Source: Vulcanimicrobiota bacterium
GTDB lineage: Bacteria > Vulcanimicrobiota > Vulcanimicrobiia > Vulcanimicrobiales > Vulcanimicrobiaceae
Assembly (NCBI GenBank): GCA_963820825.1
Contig: CAWGBN010000004.1
Coordinates: 1 to 24,488, forward strand
Direction of reading: 5' to 3'
Length of the DNA: 24,488 bases
Position numbers and translations under genes: made by a program. Shown in pieces: positions 1 to 9,358 of this stretch (within the stretch, counting starts at the first letter, position 1; each line of letters opens with the position of its first letter). Under the pieces are notes generated by a model, which was not told where the DNA came from, did not search any database, and saw nothing but the letters and a program-made list of their open reading frames with translations.

Positions 1-195
1 ATGGAGCCGGCCACACCTCCGGCATTCTTCCAAACTGGTGCTCGGTTCTTGTCGTTTGGGCGCCGGAAAATTCTGAGCGCCCCGCGCAACGATTCTGCGT
101 CCGTCAGGAATCCTGATAGGCAAGCCCTAGGCGCATGGCGCGTTGGAGCTTGCAAGCGCTCGCGTTCCTCACGATGCGTCGGAAACATTAGCGGC

Positions 196-200
196 GGGTA
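196..200 (+). promoter_or_regulatory. Putative SigB/SigF-type -10 element (GGGTA)
   Basis: GGGTAT lies 11 nt before the GTG at 212. The gene has no clear Shine-Dalgarno, and there is no good GTTT -35. Confidence 0.3.
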
Positions 201-211
201 TAACCCGGTAA

Positions 212-598
212 GTGAGCTCGCGCGCGTTTGGGGAAAAGGTCTGGATCATCGCCGAGGGTTACATCCCGGCGTGGAGCAACGGGCCCGAACCCGAATTCAC
301 AAGCCATGAAACGGCCTGCATGCTTAACGCGTCGGACGACGACGCGCATGTCGAGATCACGGTATTTTTTAAGGACAGAGAGCCGGTCGGTCCCTACCGA
401 GTAACGGTGCCCGCACGCCGGACGCTCCATCAGCGATTCAACGACCTCGCCGATCCAGCGCCCATTCCGCGAGGTACGGATTACGCCAGCGTCATTGTTT
501 CCGACGTGCCGATTGTTGTGCAGCACACGCGGCTTGACTCGCGCCAAGATAAGAACGCGCTCGTCACGACGGTCGCCTATCCCGCGCATAGTCAGTAA
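212..598 (+). CDS. Anabaena sensory rhodopsin transducer (ASRT)-family protein
   Basis: 128 aa. Family-typical segments G..VWIIAEGYIP, SHETACMLN, FFKDREPVGPY..TVPARRTLH.RFNDL.DP.PIP..TDYASVI.SDVPIVVQHTRLDSRQ. Confidence 0.9.
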   Translation: MSSRAFGEKVWIIAEGYIPAWSNGPEPEFTSHETACMLNASDDDAHVEITVFFKDREPVGPYRVTVPARRTLHQRFNDLADPAPIPRGTDYASVIVSDVPIVVQHTRLDSRQDKNALVTTVAYPAHSQ

Positions 599-611
599 GG
601 AGGAGTAATTC

Positions 612-2434
612 GTGCCCACGGTTGGTGATTTTTTGATCGAGCGTCTTGCTGCATGGGGCGTGCGACGTATTTACGGGTATCCGGGCGATGGCATCAACGG
701 AATCATCGCTGCGATCGATCGCTTTCAGAAGAAGCGCGGACGATGGAGGCATCGATTTTATCCAGGTCCGTCACGAAGAACAGGCGGCATTCATGGCGAC
801 CGCGCATGCAAAGTTCACGGGCGAGTTGGGTGTGTGCCTGGCGACGTCGGGGCCGGGCGCTATCCATTTGCTTAACGGCCTCTACGATGCCAAGGGCGAT
901 CACGTGCCGGTACTGGCGATCGCCGGGCAGGCGGCAATGTCCGCGATGGGCAGTGAGTACCAGCAGGAAGTCGATCTCCAGAATCTCTTCAAGGATGTCG
1001 CGAGCGAGTACCTTGCGACGATTACGGCGCCCGCTGCCGCACGCCATTGCATCGATCGCGCCGTGCGGGCGGCACTGGCGGCTAAAACCGTGACGGCGCT
1101 TATCTTTCCAAAGGACATCCAAGAAGACGATGCGGTGCCTCATCCTCCGCACAAGATGAACTTCACGATGTCGTCGACCGGAATGGCACCCGCGCGGATA
1201 CTTCCGTACGAGCGGGACTTGCAGCGCGCGGCCCAGGTGCTCAATGCGGGCGAAAAGGTGGCGATCCTCGCGGGCGCAGGCGCGTTCGGCGCGGAGAGCG
1301 AGCTGATCGCCGTGGCGGACGCGCTGCAGGCGGGATGTGCGAAGGCACTGCTGGGAAAGGCGGTGTTGCCGGACGATCTTCCATGGGTGACGGGAACGCT
1401 CGGCCTGCTCGGCACGCGCGCTTCGAGCGACATGATGCAAGGCTGCGATACGCTCCTGATGGTCGGAACGAACTACCCGTACTCGCAGTTTTTGCCGAAA
1501 GAGGGCTCCGCTCGCGGCGTTCAGATCGACGTCGCCGGCGAGCGCCTCGGCATCCGCTTTGCCACTGAGGTGAATCTACAGGGCGACGCACGCAGCACGC
1601 TTGCGGCGTTGCTGCCGTATCTCGAACGCAAGTCGGATACGTCTTGGCGCGAAAAGCTCGCCAAGGATCGCAGAACAGTACGACGACGTGATGGATAGCC
1701 GGGCGCAAGTGGAGGGAAATCCGATCAACCCGGCGCTCGTTTTCGACGCGCTCGACGCGCGTATTCCGCCGGCGCGATCGTGACGGCCGATGCCGGCACG
1801 TCGACGAATTGGGCCGCTCGTCGCCTGCACGTGCGCAACGGCATGAAGTTCTCGCTCTCGGGCGGACTTGCGACGATGGGCTCGGCCGTGCCGTACGCAA
1901 TCGCGGCGAAGTTCGCGTTTCCGGAGCGCGTTGCGATCGCACTGACCGGCGACGGCGCGATGCAGATGAACGGTATGAACGATCTCATCACGGTGAAGCG
2001 GTACTGGCAGCGCTGGAGCGATCCGCGGCTCGATTTTCTGCGTCGCCAATAACGACGATCTCAATCAGGTGACCTGGGAGATGCGCATCGAGACGGGCGT
2101 CCCGAAGTATCCGGCATCGCAGGATCTGCCAGGTTTTCCCTACGCGCAGTACGCGCAGCTCTTCGGCTTCCAAGGAATTCGCGTCGACGATCCGCGCGAC
2201 GTCGGCGCGGCCTGGGATGCCGCGTTTGCCGCCGATCGGCCAACGGCTCTGGAGTTCGTCACCGATGCGGAGATCGCGATGCTGCCGCCGCACGTGACGC
2301 CGGAACTCGCGAAGACGTTCGCCAGCACGGCGCTTAAAGGCGATCCGGACGAGGGGCCAATGATCGTCCAGTCGGTCAAAGGCATTCTCGCCGGCATGTT
2401 CCCGACGCATCGCGGCGGTGGGGACGCGCAGTGA
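612..2434 (+). CDS. Thiamine pyrophosphate-requiring enzyme, pyruvate oxidase/PoxB-like (about 4 frameshifts as sequenced)
   Basis: Strong SD AAGGAGGAG at 597-605. Motifs are spread over five frame segments: YGYPGDGING, QVRHEE (catalytic Glu), ATSGPGAIHLLNGLYDAK.D, SGGLATMG, GDGAMQM...NNDDLNQV (TPP-binding). Frame switches at ~737, ~1670, ~1775 and ~2040. Confidence 0.88.
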
Positions 2435-3545
2435 TCGCACCGGCACCGTCTGAGGACCGCTCGAAAGAGCGGAGCGCAAGTTAAGCTTGCCGCGTATCGC
2501 ATTCCGACCGAGCGTCGGGCCGGAGTCCGACGGTACGGCCGTCTGGGACGCGACGACGATGGTGCTGGTCGAGATCGAGTGCGGGGCGCGTACGGGAACC
2601 GGCTGGACGTATGGATCGCGCGCCGCAGCGACGCTGATCGACGAAAAGCTGCGTTCCGTCGTCGAGCGTGAGGATCCGCTCGCCGTGCGCGAGATTTGGC
2701 AGAAGCTGAACGCGGTGGTTCGCAACGACGGCCGTTCCGGGATTGCGTCCTACGCGATCTCCGCGATCGACGTCGCGCTTTGGGATTTGCACGCGCGCCT
2801 TTTCGACGTGCCGCTCTGCGACCTGCTGGGCCGGGTTCGCGACGACGTGACGGTCTACGGCAGCGGCGGTTTTACGTCCTACGATCTCGCGACGCTTCGC
2901 GAGCAGCTCGGCGGCTGGGTCTCCGAGGGCATGCGCGCGGTGAAGATGAAGGTCGGGCGCGATCCGGCGGCCGATCCCGATCGCGTCGATGCGGCGCGCG
3001 CCGCAATCGGACCGGACGTCGATCTGTTCGTCGACGGCAACGGCGGATACAGCGTCGAGCAAGCGATCGGGATCGCACGGCGTTTTGCAGACAGCGGCGT
3101 GACGTGGTTCGAGCAGCCCGTCGACCATCGCGATCTCCGTGGCACCGCGCGGGTGCGCGAACACGCGCCGCCCGGCATGGCGATCAGTTCGGGCGAGTAC
3201 CTCACGGACACGTCCGGCGCGCCATCGGTTGCCGACGCCGTCGACGTATTGCAAGCCGATGCGACGAGGTGCGGCGGATACACGGGATTTCTGGCGATCG
3301 ACGGGTTCTGCGAGGCGGCCCGCAAGCCGCTCTCGACGCATTGCTCGCCGATGCTGCACCTCCACGCCGCAGCCGCCGCGCTGCGGGTGCGGCACATGGA
3401 ATACTTCTACGATCACGCGCGCATCGAGCAAATGCTCTTCGATGGCTTCGTTTCGCCTGTAGCCGGCCGTTTGCGCCCGGACCGAACGCGGCCGGGCCAC
3501 GGGCTGACCTTCAAGCGCGCGGATGCACGAAAGTACGAGGTCTAA
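2431..3545 (+). CDS. Mandelate racemase/muconate lactonizing enzyme (enolase superfamily); N-terminus frameshifted
   Basis: AISAIDVALWDL, VYGSGGFTSY, KMK motif (VKMKVG), DGNG, WFEQP, GEY, LQADATRCGG, EYFYDH. The N-terminal AAYRIPTE lies in another frame (~2489-2512). Likely start is GTG 2431, overlapping the upstream stop (GTGA). Confidence 0.88.
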
Positions 3546-3554
3546 CGACCGGTA

Positions 3555-6500
3555 ATGATCGATCTCATCGGCTACGTTGAGGAACGCACGGTGAAGCGCG
3601 TCGAGCGCGAGCGACCGCCGCCCGGCATTCGCCGCGATCAACTGGGCGAATGGCACGGAAATGTCGCGTCGTTGTGCGCGGAGCTGACCGATCGCATCGA
3701 AGGCGAGGTTCGCTTCGACGACGGGTCGCGGGCGTTGTACGCGACGGACGCCTCGAACTATCGGCAGATTCCGATTGGCGTCGTCGTTCCGAAGACCGAG
3801 CGACGACGTCATTGCGCACGGTCGAGATCGCGCGGCGGCACGGCGCGCCGATCCTGGCACGTGGCGGCGGCACGTCCCTCGCGGGCGAGTGCTGTAACGT
3901 CGCCGTGGTGATCGACTTCTCGCAAGTATCTCAATCGGATTCTCGAGATCAATGCGGTCGAGCGATGGGCGCGCGTGCAGCCGGGAGTGGTGCTCGACGA
4001 CCTGCGCAAGGCGGCCGGCAAGTACGGCCTCACGTACGGGCCCGATCCCGCGACGCATACCCACAATACGCTCGGCGGCATGATCGGCAACAACTCGTGC
4101 GGCATGCACGCGCAAATGGCGGGCAAAGACCGAGGAAAACGTTTTCGAGCTCGACGTTCTCACCTACGACGGCCTGCGCTGAGCGTCGGCCCGACGTCCG
4201 CCGAGCAGCTCGAAACGTTCTGCGCGCGCGACGACCGGATTGGCGAGATCTATTGCGGATTACGAGCGCATCCGTGACCGGTACGCAAGCGAGATCCACG
4301 AGCGTTTTCCGGACATCCCGCGACGCGTCTCGGGATATCCGCTCGAAGAACTGCTGCCGTCGCACGGATTCAACGTCGCGCGTTCGCTCGTAGGCACGGA
4401 GTGCACGTGCGTCATCGTGCTCTCGGCCAAGGTTAAGTTCATCGAGAATCCCCAACAAGCGTTGTGTCCTGGCGCTCGCGTTCGAGGACGTCTATCAGGC
4501 CGGCGACGCCGTGCCGCGGGTAAACGGGCACAAACCGATCGCGCTCGAAGGCATGGATGACCGCTTGCTGGATTACATGCAGCTCAAGCACTTTCACACC
4601 AATGACGAATGGCTGCTGCCGTCGGCGAACAACCGCGCCAAGGGCTGGCTGATGTGCGAGTTCGGCCTCGTCGACGATCTCGACGGAGCGATCGCCGATG
4701 GCGAAGGCGTGCGAGGTTGATTTGCTCGCCAACGGCGCGATCGGATTCACGGCTGATCGTCAACGAAGCGGAGCAGAAAGAACTCTGGGAGGTGCGCGAG
4801 TCGGGGCTCGGTGCGACCGCGAAGGTGCCGAACGAACCCGCATTCCATCCGGGCTGGGAGGATTCGGCGGTTCCGCCGGATCGAGTCGGCGAGTATTTGC
4901 GCGAATTGCGAGCGCTTTACGACAAGTACGGCTACAAGGCCGCGCTGTACGGACATTTCGGGCAAGGCTGCATCCACTGCCGGGTCTCGTTCGAACTCGG
5001 CACGGCCCAGGGCGTCGAGCGCTGGCGCTCGTTTATGAACGAGGCGTCGCGGATGATCCGTCGTTACCGGCGGATCGCTTTCGGGAGAGCACGGCGACGG
5101 TCAAGCGCGCGGCGAGTTTCTCCCGATCATGTACGGCGAAACGATCGTCGAGGCATTCCGCGGTTTCAAACGCGTCTGGGATCCGGAGGGCAGGATGAAT
5201 CCGGGCAAGGTCGTCGACGCGTACGCAATCGATAAAAACCTGCGCGAAGGTCCTTTCTACCGCCCGCCGCAGTTGGACACGACCTTCAGCTTTCAGCCAA
5301 GCGATCGCGGATCGTTCGCGTATGCGGCCAATCGCTGCGTCGGCGTCGGTAAATGCCGCAGGCACGAGAGCGGAACGATGTGCCCGTCGTACCGGGTGAC
5401 GCGCGAAGAGAAGCACGCGACGCGCGGGCGTGCGCGCCTGCTTTTCGAAATGTTGGAGGGCGCGCCGCTGAAGGATGGCTGGAAGTCGGACGCGGTGTTC
5501 GAGGCGCTCGACCTCTGTCTCGCGTGCAAGGGCTGTAAGGGCGAGTGCCCGGTGAACGTCGACATGGCGACGTACAAGGCGGAGTTTCTTTCCCACTATT
5601 ACAAGGGGCGTCTGCGGCCGGTTTGGGCGTACGCTTTTGGCTTGATCCCTTGGTGGGCGCGTCTCGGCTCACGCGTCGTGCGACTCGCAAACGCCATTAC
5701 CCAGACGCCCCCTTTCGATGTCTTGGCCAAGGCCGTCGTTCGCATGGCTCCGCAACGGCACATACCTCCGCTCTCGGCCCTCTCATTCCGCGACTGGTAT
5801 CGTAGGCACCGCGCGACGTCACGCCCCAACGCCGGCAAAAAGCGCGTCCTTCTGTGGACAGACACTTTCAATAACTACTTCCACGCCGAGACCGCACGGC
5901 ACGCGCTGGAGGTCTTGGAGGCCGCCGGTTACGACGTCGTCATCTCCGAGCGCACCCTCTGCTGTGGGCGTCCCCTCTACGACTACGGCATGCTCGAGCT
6001 CGGCAAGACGATGCTCCGCCAGATCATGGAGGTGCTGCGGCCCGAAATCGAGGCGGGCACGACGATCGTCGGCCTCGAGCCCTCGTGCGTCACCGTATTC
6101 AAGGACGAACTGCTCAACCTCTATCCCAACGATCGTGACGCTCGCCGCTTGAGCGACCAGGTGATGATGTTCGGCGATTTCCTAGCTCGAGACGCCGCGT
6201 GGCAGCCGCCGCGCCTCGAAAAGCGCGCCACGGTCCACGCGCACTGCCATCACAAGTCGGTATTGGGGACGGCCGGCGACGCGAATATTTTAGAGCGGAT
6301 GGGCGTCGAGGCGAACTGGCTCGACGATGGTTGTTGCGGTATGGCGGGCGCGTTCGGCTTCGAGGCCGGGGAGCATTACGACGTCTCGATGGGAGCGGGC
6401 GAGCTCGCGTACCTACCGCACGTCCGCACTATGCCACGAGATCAACTCGTCGTCAGCGACGGCTTCTCGTGCCGTGAACAGGTCATGCAGACGACGGATC

Positions 6501-6700
6501 GTCAAGTGTTGCATCTCGCTGACGTGCTATGGCTAGCGCTTCAATCAGAACCGGTCGACGGCGAACGCCCCGAGTTGCTCGCGATGCCCGATAGGGAAGC
6601 CGTTCGGTCGCGCGCGCGGCGAGACTTCGCGACCGGCGCCGCATTCGTCGCCGGCCTTGCCGCGGCCGCATGCTATCTGATTTGGAGGAAACGCTCGTGA
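3555..6700 (+). CDS. FAD-linked oxidase with 4Fe-4S and CCG domains (GlcD/GlcF- or YdiJ-like fusion); N-terminal half heavily frameshifted
   Basis: ALYATDASNY, RGGGTSLAG, GPDPATH...TLGGMIGNNSCG, RRVSGY, YGHFGQGCIH, SGEHGDG, MNPGK, CVGVGKC...MCPSY, CLACKGCKGECP, LCCGRP, EPSC, HCHH, CCGMAG, GFSCREQ. About 9 frame switches between ~3800 and ~5075. The stretch 5129-6700 is intact. Confidence 0.88.
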
Positions 6701-7689
6701 ATCGAGTCGCCGTCGTTACCGGTGCGTCGGCTGGTGTCGGCCGGGCCGTCGTTCGAGAGTACGCCCGTATGGGGTTCGACGTGGGTCTGATCGCACGCGG
6801 CACGGAGGGGTTAGCGGCCGCCCAGCGCGAGGTAGAGGAACTCGGACGTCGAGCCGTCGCGGTCTCGGCCGACGTCGCCGACGACGCGGCGGTCGAGCGC
6901 GCCGCCGAGACGGTCGAGCGCGAGCTCGGGCCCATCGATGTGTGGACGAACGTCGCGTTTTCCAACGTATTCGCCGAGTTTAAAGATCTAACGCCGCAGG
7001 AGTACCGGCGGATCACCGAGGTGTCGTATCTCGGCTTCGTGCACGGCACGATGTCCGCGATGAGACGAATGCTGCCACGCGACCGCGGTACGATCGTGCA
7101 GATCGGCTCGGCGCTGGCCTATCGCAGCATTCCGCTCCAGGCCGCGTATTGCGGTGCGAAGTCCGCCATCCGGGGATTTACCGACTCGATCCGCTGCGAG
7201 CTCGTCCATCAGAGGAGTAAGGTGAAGATCACGATGGCGATCCTGCCGGCCGTCAACACTCCGCAGTTCTCGTGGTGCAAGTCAAAGCTTCCGCGCAAGG
7301 CGCAGCCGGTGCCCCCGATCTTCCAACCCGAAGTTATCGCCCGCGCGGTGGGCTGGCTCGTCGATCATCCGAATCGGCGCGAACTGCGGATCGGGCTTTC
7401 CAGTATCAACGCGCTCGTCGTACAAAGCGTCTTCCCCGGCCTCGCGGACAAGTTGCTCGGCAAGAGCGGCTATTCGTCGCAGCAGTACGACGGCAGCAGC
7501 GATCCGGACCGTCCAAACAACCTGTGGGAGCCGCTCCCCGGCGATTGGGGAGCGCATGGCGATTTCGACAGTCGCGCTCGCAGGTGGAGCCCGCAACTCG
7601 TGCTGACCACCCATCCGTTCATCGCCGCCGCGGCCGCGCTCGCCATTGCGGTAGGAACGTCCATCGGCTTGCAAAGGGCGTTACGCTAG
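6697..7689 (+). CDS. Short-chain dehydrogenase/reductase (SDR) with hydrophobic C-tail
   Basis: TGASAGVG cofactor motif, catalytic S...YCGAK (YxxxK), P.VNTPQF. GTG 6697 has SD GGAGG (6684-6688) and overlaps the upstream TGA. Confidence 0.9.
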   Translation: MNRVAVVTGASAGVGRAVVREYARMGFDVGLIARGTEGLAAAQREVEELGRRAVAVSADVADDAAVERAAETVERELGPIDVWTNVAFSNVFAEFKDLTPQEYRRITEVSYLGFVHGTMSAMRRMLPRDRGTIVQIGSALAYRSIPLQAAYCGAKSAIRGFTDSIRCELVHQRSKVKITMAILPAVNTPQFSWCKSKLPRKAQPVPPIFQPEVIARAVGWLVDHPNRRELRIGLSSINALVVQSVFPGLADKLLGKSGYSSQQYDGSSDPDRPNNLWEPLPGDWGAHGDFDSRARRWSPQLVLTTHPFIAAAAALAIAVGTSIGLQRALR

Positions 7690-8520
7690 AAAATGGTCCA
7701 ACGCTTCCCGGCTCTCGGTAACGATCGCTTCCAGATCGCCATCGTAAAGCGAGTCTGGCACATTTTCCGAGAAAATCTCCAGTATCCACGGTCCGCCGTA
7801 CGCCGCCTCGCGAACGCCCGCGACGAATGGCGCGAAGTCGAGCGATCCTTTCCCGACCGGAAGGCGATCGAGAAACGAGCGCGGGCGCCGGTAGTCGGAA
7901 ACCTGCACGAGAAAGATCCGCCCGGCGCAACGCGCCAAGCGCCTGCGCAGGTCTGCTTGTCCGGCCAGATTCCAAATGTCGGCGCAGATCCCAAGCGCTG
8001 GTTCGCCGACCGCCGCCACCAAATCGAGGGCGTCCTCGAGGTTCCAAATAAACGAGTCCTCGTTCATCGCGATGGGATGCAACGGCTCCAGTGCCAAACG
8101 TACGCCCAGCGCGCGCGCGCGCGCCGCAAGGGTCCGGTAGCCTTCGACCGTCTGAGCGAAAGCGCTATCGACGTCGCCCCCCGAAGCGATGCCGGTATTC
8201 AGCACGAACGCCGTGTCGGGCAGCTCCGGAGCGCACGTTTCCAAAAGCTCCGCGAACGCCTTGAGGCGCTGCTGGAACGCCGCCGGCTCGGGCTGCATAT
8301 GCGTTGGAAAGAGCGCGTGTACGTCGGCCTGAAACGACGAGACTTTCAGGCCGCACCGCCTCGGAAACCGCAGCTGTTCCCGCCGATGTCGCGGATCGTT
8401 CGACAGCTTTTTCTCCCAGATTTCTATCGCACCGGCGCCGAGAGCGGCATACCGCTCGACGTCTTCCTCGAAGCTCCACGGCAGCGTGGTGACCTCACTC
8501 ACTCCAAACGTCCAACTCAT
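7681..8520 (-). CDS. Sugar phosphate isomerase/epimerase (xylose isomerase-like TIM barrel)
   Basis: AIEIW, LALEPLHP, GICADIWN, VQVSD, R...GKG.LDF, YGGPWILEIFS metal-ligand pattern. ATG 8520 was chosen because upstream starts run into the next gene. Confidence 0.85.
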   Translation of the reverse strand: MSWTFGVSEVTTLPWSFEEDVERYAALGAGAIEIWEKKLSNDPRHRREQLRFPRRCGLKVSSFQADVHALFPTHMQPEPAAFQQRLKAFAELLETCAPELPDTAFVLNTGIASGGDVDSAFAQTVEGYRTLAARARALGVRLALEPLHPIAMNEDSFIWNLEDALDLVAAVGEPALGICADIWNLAGQADLRRRLARCAGRIFLVQVSDYRRPRSFLDRLPVGKGSLDFAPFVAGVREAAYGGPWILEIFSENVPDSLYDGDLEAIVTESREALDHFLA

Positions 8521-8539
8521 AACGGAGGTAATTCTACCC

Positions 8540-9358
8540 ATGGCGACTGACGTCAAGACCGCCGTCCACAACGACGACTTGCGCGTCGATCTTCGCGGCC
8601 GGACGGCAATCGTCACCGGGGCGTCGGCGGGCATTGGGAGTGCGATCGCGACTCGCTTCGCGCGATCGGGCGCCCACGTCTTCGTCGACTACCCGAGCGA
8701 AGCCGAGCGCGGTCACGCCGACGAGGTGCGTGCCGCGATCGAGCGCGACGGCGGCACGTGCGAACTCGTACGAGCGGACGTCGCTCAAGAGGCGGGCGCT
8801 TCTGCGCTCGTTCGGGCGGCGGTCGAGCGCCGCGGTGGCATTGACATTTTGATCAACAACGCCGGTATCGAGGAGAGTCATTCGGTCGTCGAGATGCCGC
8901 TCGCCGTGTGGAATCGGATTATTGCCGTTAATCTGACCGGCACATTTCTCTGCGCGCGGGCCGCCGCGCAAGCGATGATCGGGCGTAATCGGGGAGGTCG
9001 TATCATCAACGTCTCCTCGGTTCACGAGGATTTGGCCATGCCGAAGAACTCCGCGTACTGCGCGAGCAAGGGCGGGGTCCGCATGTTCATGCGCACTCTC
9101 GCCCTCGAGCTGGCGACGTATGGCATCACCGTGAACGATATCGCCCCCGGGGCGGTCGCCACGCGGATCAATCGCCAAGTACGGCAGAAGCCGCACGAGC
9201 GTACCGAGCTGCTCGAAGAGATTCCGCTGGGGCGCGTCGCCGATCCCAATGAAATCGCCGCACTTGCGTGCTACCTCGCGTCCGACGCTGCCGGCTATGT
9301 GACCGGTGCAACGTTCGTGATTGACGGCGGTCTGATGCGATACACAAAGGGCCTGTGA
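8540..9358 (+). CDS. SDR, glucose 1-dehydrogenase-like
   Basis: TGASAGIG, INNAGIE, NVSSVHE, YCASKGG, IAPGAVAT.IN, IPLGR, YVTGATFVIDGG. SD GGAGG at 8524-8528. Confidence 0.85.
   Translation: MATDVKTAVHNDDLRVDLRGRTAIVTGASAGIGSAIATRFARSGAHVFVDYPSEAERGHADEVRAAIERDGGTCELVRADVAQEAGASALVRAAVERRGGIDILINNAGIEESHSVVEMPLAVWNRIIAVNLTGTFLCARAAAQAMIGRNRGGRIINVSSVHEDLAMPKNSAYCASKGGVRMFMRTLALELATYGITVNDIAPGAVATRINRQVRQKPHERTELLEEIPLGRVADPNEIAALACYLASDAAGYVTGATFVIDGGLMRYTKGL

Noticed and set aside
104..116. TCAGGA-A-TCCTGA inverted repeat upstream of ASRT
   Set aside because: Only 6-bp arms, which could arise by chance.
1..309. 102-aa ORF at the window start
   Set aside because: Overlaps the well-supported ASRT gene out of frame, is Arg/Ser-rich and has no recognisable motif.
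2481..4163. 560-aa minus-strand ORF
   Set aside because: Antisense shadow of the enolase and FAD oxidase genes, which is common at high GC.
612..5129. Programmed frameshifting or true pseudogenes
   Set aside because: Too many shifts in both directions, no consistent slippery sites and intact motifs. Sequencing error is more parsimonious.
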